In this document: in pieces, positions 38,183 through 51,232 of the stretch
How the letters are laid out: each line of letters starts with the position of its first letter
Numbering within the stretch: the first letter of the stretch is position 1
Assembly: GCA_000934665.2 (NCBI GenBank)
Contig: KZ538032.1
Location: 62,001-126,000 of the forward strand
DNA from: Catajapyx aquilonaris
Lineage: Eukaryota
Reading direction: 5' to 3'
DNA: 64,000 nt
Notes under the pieces: model-generated
Told to the model about the DNA's origin: nothing
The model's input: only the letters and a program-made list of their open reading frames with translations
Database searches by the model: none
Made by a program: the position numbers and the translations under genes

Positions 38183-38684
38183 TTGTAGAAAAGGGCCATG
38201 CTGAAAATAATTTTCAGCACGGCCCTTTTCTACAAAACACTTTTTCTACGAAACACATTGGCCTAGCTGATTTTCCTCCTAGCTTAATTATTAAGCTCGG
38301 AGGAAAATCAGCTAGGCCAATATTTCACGAATTTGTTTATTGGTCTGGGAAATGAGCAGCCACGTGTAAAATGGCCCACTTCGACGCCATCGAAAATATT
38401 AGCTGTGTTTCGTTTGCAGGCTTCCCCCTTGCATTACAGGTCCATGGTCCATCTGGTGCCTTGGGCGTAACCCATTTTACCCAGGCGCATCGCAGGTCAT
38501 GTGTGCACCTCCTTTTTTCCAGGTCAACCCAGCAGCAGGGTTGATTACATGTGTGCTGCTATTGGCAGCTAATATTTCCGATGGCGCCGAAGTGGGGCAT
38601 TTTACACGTCGCTGCTACGTCATCGCAAAATCGCTGCTATTAATCGCCGTTATAAAACGACACTTGAAGTTGGACCACCCTGTA
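38183..38684. repeat. Cluster of inverted repeats / MITE fragments
   Basis: Hairpins at 38183-38235 and 38257-38321, inverted arms 38356-38615, and a Tc1-like end GGACCACCCTG|TA at about 38684. Confidence 0.65.
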
Positions 38685-40481
38685 TATTTGCCCAAAATCA
38701 ACTATACGTGTGCACCGTGGGGAGACCTCACATACTATTTCTGGTGTCATACTTCAATAGTGAGTCGTGTATGGTTAGCTAGAAGAGAAATCCCCACAAC
38801 ATCGCTTTTATATCGTCCACTTGATAATATTCCAGTTTCATTTCCGTCATGTGGAACAGGAAGAATTCGGAAGCTTCATAGATAAATCGAAGAAACTTTT
38901 CAAAATCTTCACAGAAGCATATGTCGTATTACACACGACTGTCAGTATTAACACCTTCGTAAATTTTTAAAAAAATTAAATAAATTAAACGGCTTTGTAA
39001 AAGGTCCAGGGGAATTCCCTCGTACAGTACCGGATTTCATCTGGTCAAGAAAGAAATTCGTAAAATGCAGATCTGATTTTCCTCCGGATCCAATTTTCAG
39101 AATGGTTCACGTTATTGCGCATTATGGCTCAGTCTTGGTATTTCACGTTAGGTCGTGGGGTGTGTACACCAACGAATTTTTCCCAATAAAATCCGAGATG
39201 GAAGGGCGCCAATTCGTCTGAATTGTGATGGAAACCAGCCATCTTTTTTAAACAAAATCTCAGATGCCAATGCTCCAAAGCTTTCACTAGCGATGTCTTA
39301 AGCCAGGAAAGTCATGGCAATTAAGGCCTGAATTAATATTTCCATTCGACGTAATGCTACTAAATAACATCTTTGAGAGCCTCTAAAAGTAATTGCTCAA
39401 TGGTAACTGATTTGTAATAAATAACGTAATGTTAAAAATACTTAACCGCAGTGGACATTTCAATTGTAACTCACTGCATGATGTTTGTGTAATTATTGTG
39501 ATGATTATTTAGGTTGATAGCCGGAACATTTTGGCGAGAAAAATTTCGAAAGTTGCATGAGATTTAAAATATAAAGTAAATTTGCACTCTTAATTGTGCC
39601 GTTGCCTCCATGCAAATATAAATAATTGTCAAATATTTATTTATAATGTAAACTGCAACATTCAGATGGTGCACAATACCTAAGACCACAGTTCCACACA
39701 AGGGATATAAATTTATATTGATTAACACCGCACCAACCAAAGTGGGACTCACAGGATACAGTGTATTTGAAGTATCACTTATCAGTAGTTTTAAGCAGTT
39801 ATTTCAGAGTAGATACTTTTCGACGTCACCGAAAACATTAGCTGCTAATATTAGGTTGTATGATGTATAATTTGAAACTAATTCAGGGGATTCAACTATA
39901 TCAATCTCCGATACCATGGGGTCAAAACTGCTCACTGGCAATGTCATAAGCTAGAAAATATCGAACTTTAAAGCCTGAATGAATGCTTCCATTCAAACTA
40001 ATAAGAACAGGTAATATTTTTGATAACTCCTAAAAGAAACTGTTCGAAAGATGCTGTATTCATATGGGCTCATTATTTCAAAGAGGGGAATTTCCCCTAT
40101 CATATCAATTAATATTTAAATATATACTTCAGGTGTTTTGCAAGATGGTTCGAAATTTATTACTCATAACTCCTTTTATGTCATTTATAAATAGTCGAAA
40201 TGATAATTATAATATTCCCATGTCTATTTATCAAGGCTACAAACTTCACATACGAATGAGATAAATTCGGTACATACTCTAATTAAACTATTTTTATAAA
40301 ATGAACTTTTCCTCTCGCAGGCCTGCCAAAATATGAAACATGATTTTAGCATACCTGGCACAGCCGCACATGGTCATTATAATATTTTATTATAATTGTG
40401 ATTCCCAATGAATGGCTCTAACCTTGAAACGGATTAAACCAGCCTATAATAAATCCAGCATGTGTAAATGCACATATTGGT

Positions 40482-40631
40482 GTACTATCGGGTTCAACTA
40501 CTTTTGGCCACTTTATCCTGGTCTTGAAGCAACCCTTCACACACACACACACACCCTTAACATGGGGTCTGTGCGAAGGGTTGCTTCAAGACCAGGATAA
40601 AGTGGCCAAAAGTATATGAACACGATAGTAC
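40482..40631. repeat. Hairpin / MITE-like inverted repeat
   Basis: Perfect 40-bp arms 40499-40538 and 40575-40614, with a (CA)n-containing spacer. Confidence 0.8.
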
Positions 40632-41086
40632 TGTACATCGCACCTATATGCTACAAATGTCCGCAAAGGAAGATGTTCCACAATTAATTCTAGCACTATT
40701 ATTTTTCCTTTCTACAGTAGTCCAAGTGGAGTGTTAAAATTTATTCCACAGACACCCAATAAAATGTGCATCGCCCAAATGACTCCGTAGGAAAAAAATA
40801 TATTATTAATGTTTCCCTTACTCACTGTAAAATCATTTACAGAGCATACCAGGAGTTCAAATCAGATTGTTTCGTCGCAGGAGCCAGCCAAGGCATGTCA
40901 TCGCACATGAAGATTCCCCCACAATCGGAACAATTTTGACAAAAACCTGCCCCTCTTCAATGTAGTTACAGTGTCATTTATTCAGGAAGGTGATTTATTC
41001 ATATGTCCAAGTGGTCAAATATTCTACTCTGTCTAACCATGTGACATGTGCGTACTGCGTGCCAAACGTCAGGCCTGTGTACTCAC

Positions 41087-41428
41087 GTCACAGGAGCCCA
41101 TGAATGATGGGTTGGCCCAGTAGAGATGTGCGGAAGTCAAAGTCCTCGCTCAAGGTAGGGAGGTCACCCAGTCACCCTCTCGATTTGATGGCCACACTTG
41201 ACCTCGATGCTGCCCCTGGGCGGCTTCCTTCCGGGATCAATGGCGGATGGCGGTAGAAGGAGGAGGGGGGAGGGGGAGGGATGCTTGTAGAGCTTCTTGT
41301 CTACCTCTTGCGGAGCTAACTGGAAGCATATTGGCGATCGATGATGGGGGAGGTGGGGAGGGGGCGTAATAGACGCGATAGGTGTTTAGGGAAAACAGAT
41401 AGGTTGCAGAGGTTGAGAGATATTGACT
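41087..41428 (-). other. Candidate non-coding first exon/promoter for module A
   Basis: GC-rich, non-repetitive island with a minus-strand Inr TCAGTC (41430-41425) and a consensus donor |GTGAGT at 41086. Confidence 0.3.
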
Positions 41429-43894
41429 GATTTGAATTGATTTATCAGATGTTTATGCATATTATTTAACAGCGAATAATAATAACCTATGTCGGATTTA
41501 TATTGCCAATTTTCTTAGCAGATACCTCTGGCTATTATTTTAGCTTGATCTATACTGTGCAGAGTACATGTCAAGCACAGGCACAAAACAAGTTCAAGTA
41601 TTCTTGCCTTGAATGGCAATGAAATCTGAACCTCTTTGTTACACACAATTACTAGTGGATTTTCACTGCCATATGGCGGCTTGCTTGCATAGGTTTGGAA
41701 GTGAACGAGCAGAATAGAGATTGTTACTGAACAGAAATCGTTACGGATAATTGGCCTAATTGGCATTATTTTAGTCAAATTCTATTACGGCATTTTTACG
41801 AGTCACTGCCTAAAAGCAATATACAGCTTTCTTCTCCACATGCAAATCTGGTTCAATTTAACAACCGACGCGACGACTCATATGAAATTTTAACAAATTA
41901 TGATAAGTATAAAATAGTAATTCGCATTCGTGTAATGTCATAATGTGTAATGTCACCTCTTCATGAACTGAGACAATTTTCGATGGTATAACGGAGATTT
42001 ACAATCACAATACTAAGCAGTGTTGATACATGCTGCTTACATCCTATAGAGATAGAAGAAACTACGCTCGTGTCGATAGTACAAAAAATTATTACTCTAT
42101 ATATCCACAGGTTATACTGTAGAATCGACCTGCAAGATGATAAATTATTACTTAATAATTTGCTCCTGTGGGAATTTTGCATGACATTGGGCAGTAGCGT
42201 TGGGCGCAGATGAATAATATTTTCATAACCGGGCAGTGAGCGGCAAAAAATCATGGGTGTATAATATTCCTCTCATCTAACACCTGGGATTAAAAAGGTG
42301 CCCAAAATGAGAGCAGTGTTACTCAACTTACAAGTGCTGGAAAGTGACATATTCTCGTGTGAATCTGATCTTTTAGGCCTACTAAATCTATACTGAACTG
42401 TTACCGGTAGTTGATAAAAATTATGGTAATACCTGACTTGCACAGTTTAAGTCTAGCCAAGTGCTGCTATCTCGTAGGCTACTATTGACAGGTCACATGT
42501 GCCTCGTCTCTCATCATACTATAACCATAATCAAGCCTGTTTCAGGTATGATAGGATTAAAATCCTTCTTGTCAGCCTACAATTAACCAGTGCCAATAAC
42601 GTACATATTATGACATTCACCAATGCCGGTACAGTAATATATTGTTGCGCTGCCATTTGTTCAACTGCCAATTGCCAATCGGAGCGCCAGATGGCAGATG
42701 AGTATTCCCCAACACCACAGTTAGTTCAAATATTTGCCTCCAGGTGGAGGAAGCGTGTGGCTCCCATATCAAGACATAAAACGGTACCTATCGCACGTGA
42801 CACACAGTACCGGTATACAGGCCTACTTATTATTTTTACAACAGGCCGTATTCTATTCACTAGAATTAGCAGGCTTCATAGCCACATCTTAAATCGGAAC
42901 TGTTGCCGTGATAATAAACAGTTGAAGCAAAAAAAAAGGGGGGGGGGGGTTCCTTCGTCAATCTTCACTCCCTAATCCTTCAATAAAAAAGTTCGTTTAT
43001 GTCCACAGTAACAAGGAAAAGAAAAAAGTTCTATTTCCCCAGCCTCACAATGCACATTACGACAGATTGGCTTTCATCATTCCTTACTCGTAAAAGTGGC
43101 AGATATTACGCCACCTTTAATACTTTTTTCAAAACTATTTTTGTACGGTGTTTCATAATATTATATTCATAAAGAGGGTTAAACACAACATTTTGTATGG
43201 TATGCAAGTATTCTGTACATATGCCTACCATTAGAGATTTAGTTTCACCTGGAACACAAAATTCACGACCCTTTGGGATTAGATGGCACATAAAAAATGA
43301 AAAAAAGTAGGACGTGAATACAAAAAAACGTGGGGACCGGTCCAGCGACAGTGACCAGGAAGAGACAGGACAAAGAGAAGTATTTTTTAGCAGGAGGGGT
43401 GGGGGACGGTGTTAAAAAAAAAGAGAGAACCCAGAGATGGACCCCACCACCCCTTTTCCCACACTCTAATAGTGGCGTAAAAAAGTGTTTTGGACTGTTG
43501 GAAAAGTGCTGGTGGATTGTCCAGCACTAGACGGTTAGGAAATTGCCGTTGCACACATGAATACTTTCTTATGTTGATAACGTATAGACAACTCATGTTA
43601 CTGATAGGACCTATCGCATTGGACGAGAGACCATTATTGCACATAGGCTACTTTTGCTTCCCGTACTGTAATATTATCATTTATCCATGTATTTGCAGTG
43701 TAGTTGAACCATTAGCCGGCCCGAAAGAAAAAAAAAACACTATAATCTACATTTATCGAAAAGATCGATACCGGTAGTATTTATTTTTTATTGAAAAACT
43801 CTGGCAACAGGTCTCATGCATCTATATTATTAATACCATACTGTGATGACGATTCCTCCCGCTGTGTAGGGCCTACAGCATTGCAAGTGATGTC

Positions 43895-44200
43895 AAAATT
43901 TAGCCCGCGTGTCCTATATTTGCAATAAACTTTTGCTTTCTGGAAATAGTGTCAGGGAATTTATAAAATGCAAAAAACGCCAATCGCCTTTTTTTAAAAA
44001 CCCAACCACCACGGAGTTCCTATAAATGCTGTTCCGGCCGCGGGCGCTACCTCCTCATCGTCTTACTTCGGTACTTCGCCATCGGTTGTCGCTGGTCCGC
44101 GTCTCTCTCTCTCTCTCTCCACTTTCGCAATTTTGCCAAAAAAATTGCCAAATTTTGGCAAGTTGGTGCCTAGTAAAGCATTATTTTACGCATTTCCCTT
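43895..44200 (+). repeat. Dispersed repeat; a diverged inverted copy lies at about 59440-59730
   Basis: Shared blocks such as TTGCCAAATTTTGGCAAGTTGGTGCC versus GGCACCAACTTGCCAAAATTTGGCAA. Confidence 0.55.
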
Positions 44201-44706
44201 GGCATTTCCCCACCTCTTATCTTACGCCAACCATATGCCGAAAAAATATTTGCCTAGCAAAATTATGGTTTCATACCCAACAGCTGAACAGCAGGGAACA
44301 ATTGAGGAACCAACTGCAAGGGCCACGGTTCACTTAATCAAACTCTACACGTCATAAAAAGAGCCTGTTACTCTAATAAGCATTCGGCGTATTTTATTTT
44401 TTTACAAAAAACGTGCTTATATTACGTCAATTATTAACATAATTTAATGATGTAATACTTCAAGGTACAAACTTGATTATATCTGCCATTTTTACACATA
44501 ATTTTTCAATCATAACCACTTTTGAGCGACTATAACGCCAGAGCCTCAAAGCATTTCGTTCACTCAAAAATGAGTGGCAACAATGTGGGAAACAAATGGC
44601 GTGGGAGGAAACAACGCAAACGGAAGATGTGCTTTGGTAGGTGTCTACCCCCCCTCACCCTCTCCCCATTCCCCACAACCAGCATTCCCCCCCCCCCCCC
44701 CCCCCC

Positions 44707-44791
44707 NNNNNNNNNNNNNNNNNNNNNNNNNNNNNNNNNNNNNNNNNNNNNNNNNNNNNNNNNNNNNNNNNNNNNNNNNNNNNNNNNNNNN
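44707..44791. other. Assembly gap (85 N) flanked by poly-C and poly-G
   Basis: Run of N in the sequence. Confidence 0.99.
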
Positions 44792-47381
44792 NGGGGGGGG
44801 GGATAGAAAAAATTCTCAGCCATGACCTAGCTTATTTACGCCTCTGGTAAATCCTGCTCTACTTTATTTTTCTAGATCTCGAGGGGTATACTCAAGAGGT
44901 GGCGTTCGGATACGATTGTAGTACCAGTATGTGTCGGTAGATGCCTGGTGGAGGATGGGATTCGTACCTAGATGGCGATGGGATAGTTATTGGCAGTAGA
45001 TGGGGGTGATTCGCTTCCATGTGATATTCTTGCTCGCGATTGTACTTGGTATATTTTTAACCTATTGTTTCGGAAAAGGAGATTTCGGTTGACTTGAAAC
45101 AAAAGTTCCCAATGTATGTCTCATTTGTAAGAAGAAGAAAAAATCGAAATTGTAATAAAGGGTCAGACACGTCGATGTGAGTACACACCGAGAAGGGGTG
45201 TTGTCAGTTGGAATACTCCTAGGCTGGTTTTATTGTTCACTGCCCAGGCCTATTACTAATTCCAAATCTATACTAACTCCTGTCCATGGAAACGTAGTAA
45301 ATGTTTAGAAAATATCAGACTAATAAATAATACTTGTCCTGTATTGATATAACAGTATACAAGATATTGTCACGCGTTTTTCAAATTGCCATGATTGGGA
45401 TTGATATTTCTCTAGCTAATCTGTTCTGATATTGCGAGAAATTGGAAGATAATGTCATTCCCCCGATAAGGACAGTATGCAGTAGCATTAGACTACTATT
45501 TATCACATCATGTATTAGTTGTCCAGTAGGCTTATTATGAATGAATACTGACCACGTAGTACGGGATAATGTCCTGAGTCTGCATACAGATTGACAAGTG
45601 ATGAGTAATCTCTAACCATAAGGTAATGGCGTTTCCTCATTACGTCACCGAATGTTAGGATTGTGTACAGTATAGGTATCTAGATATGCAGTCGTCGAAA
45701 TCATTCCAAATATTGCATATGGTATTGATGGATAACTGAGATAATTATCGGGGGTTGAATAAACCATGCAAACATGCTTTTCTGTACATATTTGGTAGCG
45801 TTCCCTTTAACTGACTCATTGTAACTTGAAGAGAACATCGAGCATCTAGAGAAAAGATTCCCGAACTTTTCCGTGGCAGCATGCTGATGCTGTACTTCGT
45901 TGTATAATAACCTCGGGGTTTACTTTGGGTTGTGAAGGTGATGGAGCCAAAAATCTCAGAAAGTAATGTAATGCACTGCCGGGATGTCCCCGGGGCTCTT
46001 TCACGAATTCCGAAAAACGAACAGTGCAAATATGAGTTTCGGGATACAGTATATTTGGAAAAGTCTAAGTAAAGGCAAATACTCTTTAAATGTATCCTCA
46101 GCATTTCTTCTCCATTTATGTGCGATACAAAAATAGTATTGTGCTCTAAAGACAATCTGCACGAGTCATTACGCACTATTCATATCATATTGCGTGTCAC
46201 ATAAAAACTCACATTGGCACATATAGAGCCTCTACTGGGAGGCCTACGTCCTGCGATAACCCAATCATTTTAGATTTTAAATTATTCTAACAATGTGTCA
46301 TTATTTTGTTACATTGTGTTGCGCGGCGTAGCTCACTAAATAACCAGTTTTATTTAATATCTTTTTTACAATGCAAGTGTGCCTACTTTGCATCTCCACT
46401 CTCATGTTGCAGAAATTTCCTTACGTAATACCATGTAATAATGACGAACATTGTTTGTAAAATCGATAGTAACAGGTATAAAAATATAATGGAATATAAT
46501 ATCATTTACAAGCCCCATTACAGTTGATTGACTTATACTATACCCAAGCGGCACTTGAGTGAAGCGGACTACATGAATATGTAATTTAAATTTACCTCAT
46601 GACACGAGTGCGAAAAGGGATTTGGCCGTGGACTATCCACTGTAATTAGGGCTGCAGAAAAACTATACCAGGCGCAAATCAGACTGTGTCTATTTATTTG
46701 ACGTAGTAACAAGTACATACAAGCCTGTTGATCAATACACGTCCGACACCATGACAGAATGAATGATAAAGTAATTTTACGCCTCCGGAGCCCAGTAATA
46801 TCCAACATTAGTTTTGTAAGATCTCCTCTAATTACTGCTAATCTAATCATAATCGAATAATCTGCGTACTTAAGAATGTAAATTCACGTCGAATTAACGG
46901 CCGAAAAAAGACACACACTCTATCATAGATTCCTTTCCGGATCATTATGCAATGCATTACACAATCACCATCTACTGTATACTCTATTAATGTTATAACA
47001 CCCATACTTGCAGTATACGCCTGCTGTGAAAGAGGCACGGATACCAGAACGACTATTGCGTAACGCATTCTATGATGACGCGGAAGGAATCTATACGTGG
47101 GTGTCTATCCTTTTTTCGACCGACATGCTACACGAAGTTAATGAAATGTCTTAAATGGTTCAATATTTTAAGCCTAATTATAACAATATTGTCGTCTAAT
47201 CGTGCAACAAATTTTTGTGTGTAGCGTTATCTCTGAGGAGAGTGCTACATCAGGATGTTGCGAATGTTGTCTTGGAGACCATGAGTCGGTTCATCGCCCA
47301 GGAAGGAATATAATTATTTTTGGTCTCAGCCAGAGCTCAAGTTTGCTGCCTGCTCAATCACATGCAGAGAAATTGCAATTG

Positions 47382-47395
47382 GTTGTCATGACAAC
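47382..47395. promoter_or_regulatory. Perfect palindromic X-box-like motif
   Basis: GTTGTCATGACAAC. Confidence 0.35.
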
Positions 47396-50300
47396 TCATT
47401 TTATCCACCGAAGGAAACGTAATTTCATTTAGACGTCTCTAGAAATAGATATCGCAGATCTCCACTCTCCGAAGCGGCCTCTAACATCAGCAAATCATAT
47501 TCCAGAGTCTAGCAGCCTCCATATCCAGAAGTAACCTCCACAGGAAATCCACTTACACTTCCGATAGAAAAAGAGTGACACTTTGCATGCCACTCCACCT
47601 CAATATCGCATTGTGTTGGCCCCCAGCCCATATCTGATGCCCTGCACTCTTTTCCCCCTCTCGGCGCCAAACATTTTGCCTCACCCTGTATAAATAGTAT
47701 CCGCAGCACTAATGACCCCCCCCACTGTTTGCCCGTAGCCAGTTTTTGTACCGACTATAGCTCGACTGACACAGATTCAAGCCGTATATAGCAAACTCAG
47801 TATGGAAAAGGGCCAAGGAAAAGATCAGTGTAAATACCAGAAATTGTCAACAATTGCAACAATGTCCGTCCTTGAAAGCACTAAAAATCGCGATTTCGTT
47901 ACGTACACAAAAAAATCGCTGCATCGAGAAAGTACATGCTTGTCCTAATCTTATGAAGCGAGAGGGGTGGGATGGGGTTGGGGTATAGGGGAAGGGAGCG
48001 ACTTACAGCAATTCTTTTATGAATGCAAGTCCTTGAACGGCAGCCAAGTGGACGAAGAGAACGCTGCCTGCAAGCAAAGGGCTGTTTTATGCCGCATCCA
48101 GTGTATGACCTTAATGACATTTCCCTGCTGGTGTCAGGTCCGTCTTGCTTGAAACGACCGAGATGAAACACTCCAGATGGCGCACGACCAATTCATTGCG
48201 AGTGGTGTTGCCAATTTTTGTGTTCATAATGTATGTATGGGGTATGTATGGCGGTGGATTTACGGAAGTATATTAAAAGAAAGGTTATGATTGTGGGTCA
48301 AATTAATACATTAGCGAATATAGTCGCTGACATAACCTTGAGGCAATTAAGCACTGCGTTTCTGATGTAATAAAGTGCAGGCCGATGTAACTTGCTCAAA
48401 ATTTACAGCCTATCTACATCCAATCCAATCCAATCTACAACATCATGGTTGAAGTTAACATGCACCAAACATTATTTAATAATGTTTGGTGCATGTTAAT
48501 TTCAACTTAGGAGGCAGTAGAGCCCGTCATAATTGGCGCTAATTGTGGAGGTTGGATCAAATATAGACGATTATGCGCTGGAATGCTGTAGTTTCCAATT
48601 ACGTAATTTTTTGTATCCATCACAAAGGCATTAATTATAAATCTTGGAATTAAATTGGGAACCGTTCCTCTTATGTTGACTATTAATAATTAGGCTTTTA
48701 GTTTATTAAGTTCATTTGCTGAAAAACTGTTAAGACTACGCTATATGAGATATGCATAGGTTTTATTTAGGTAGTTCAGACACATTAATTTTGGCGATGC
48801 ACAGATTTACCTACAACATTTCTTGATGCACACATAAGTAGGGCCTGTTTTAATGAGCGGCTCAGAGAATGGGATGTTTCAAACTCAATTGACGTCACTT
48901 TTGTTGCCATTGTTATTGTGACTTTCTTAGTATAACAACAGCTTTTGTGATGAACTGTAAGTCTGAACGTTACAAAACCTGTGTCTGGCTTACTTGTGCG
49001 TAGCACTAGTGTACAGCAGCACACCAAAGCACACTGATGAAAAACACTAAGTTAATTCGCTATTTCAGAAGCGACACAAATTTTGCAAATGACGGTAATA
49101 TTAGACGATACTAATAGTTGGGTGTTACACTATATATACCTTTTATCGTAATAGCAAACTGATCAGCTAATTACCATACAGAGGTTTTACATCGCCACAT
49201 ACTCATATACGTCAAAAAGCCCATTTTAAGCTAGAAACAAAACAAATGACATTTCTGACTTTTAGAACCTCTCTACCTGGTATTATGTGACACGACTTCC
49301 TCAGAAAACCTTGGGTTTTACAACCCGTCTCATTATTAGAAAGGCCCTTTCAAAGCTACTTTGACTTGCTGGCTCAACTGTTACAGGGAACAACTTACAT
49401 TCTCTATTACTGTATAAATATCTGACTTGCTAAAGTATACAAGGAGTAGAGTTCAATATATACGTAGGAAATTAGGAAGACACATTCACTGTTGGATGAA
49501 TAAGCACCAACAGATGACAAAAAATAACACAACTATACTCTTCGTATAGTTATATACTGTCCTTCCCATCCCATATATTAAAAACCTAACAACAAAATAA
49601 TGCAACTGAGAGGGGAAAAAATGTCGACAATTTCGCACTGTAGCTACTCTCTAGTCGAAATTTATTACTGCCCCTTTTGTTGTAACTTCCGCAAATATTA
49701 TGAGATAATAGGTACATAAAAGAGTGCCGTAAGTATCATGCATTGTCATGATTCATGAATATTTGCTCGTAAACTGTGAAACTACGTATGTCACAATTCA
49801 CAACACATGCAACATCTAAACAATATGCCACAATAAATCTTGGCAAGAAATTCAGGTTACATAACACATTGTAAGATTACCTAATTCTCACAAATGCTGT
49901 GCATTACCGAAGTCCCCAGTTCAAGTGGAGAGTATAGGCTTACCCCAGCAACTCTTCAGTTTTCAGAAGCAACCAGTTGAAAGCAATCATCAGTACCACA
50001 TTCACTGATTGTGATTGTTCCTTATTCTTTTTTAAATTCATTGCTGGAGTAAACAACCCAACACTTCTTCTGGGTACTTGGGAAGTGCACTACCCTTTAT
50101 TACAGCTTACAGTCCTTACACTCAGCTATTACGTATAGCATTATTATACCACCCACGAGCCAGCAATTCTTGAGAAGGAAGCTTCTCCAAAATGACTTAA
50201 TTCACTTTGATTACTAATTTTGTCGCTCCTCCTCCTACTCCCTCGCTTCTTAGCAAATTCATTGATCAGCGTCTTGTGAAATAAAAAGCCGGAACTTAGA

Positions 50301-50935
50301 AGGATATTTTTAGCCAATCAATAATTGACACTCAGATCACAAACAAGCTTTGCCGCTCCCAACTCACAACCTTCGCTTCGGTCGTTGAAAAACAGACAAA
50401 AAGCAGCCTCACGACCGCCCTTTCGCTCCCCCAAAAAAGTAAAAGAAACTGAATGATACGGCAAATGATGTGAAAGTGAATAGAGAACCAGGTTGGGAAA
50501 TGTGCTGGCGGCTGAAAAATAATGCCGGCCCACGGAGACCGGTGAAAATATTTGCACCCTTTTTCTTTGCGCGGCCTTCAAAATATTTACATCATCGGCA
50601 CTAAAATTGCGTAATGAAGTGTGCTCAGGCAGACTTCCGCTCGACCTCGTTTGAAAAGGAAACGATGTCTCAGAATAACATAATTATGGCCCTACTGCAC
50701 CTGCATGTTCACAAGCAGACGCCATTGTTAGTCCTGTGTAGAATCGTACTATTTTTTTCGGATAATAGTGCGTAAAAGCGATATATTAATTTTCATGGCA
50801 GTTTGTCTATCTAGTCTGTATAAGAGAGTAAGTGATTTGTAGAGTCCGGATTTTTAGCCAAATGCCTATATAGTTCCTGAACAGTTGGAATGGTTTTGTG
50901 AGGAGATTGTGAAGAGATACAGGTCAGGGTGTGGA

Positions 50936-50939
50936 TAAC

Positions 50940-51008
<69 letters not shown>

Positions 51009-51232
51009 CCGGGAAGTGCTTGCCCTCATCAGAGGTATATATAGCACGGACCTTTATTTATGTCTCGTACATATATTGGAACCTTTTTATACGTAACGCC
51101 CGGGCCCACGGGCAGGATGACAGGAGGGGATGTGCAAGGTGCAGTGCAATGTCTTAACGTGGCCATTTTTAGTGAATTCTCCCGGGTGGTTTAGTATGTG
51201 GAAATACCACCTGAGACGAAGCCAGAGGTGAC
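50936..51232 (-). mobile_element. 5'-truncated family-2 SINE
   Basis: Body and tail homologous to the 58796 copy but the tRNA head is missing. 12-bp TSD TCAGGGTGTGGA at 50924-50935 and 51233-51244. Confidence 0.85.

Noticed and set aside
44687..44802. Poly-C/poly-G inverted structure
   Set aside because: It spans an N gap, so the structure cannot be trusted.
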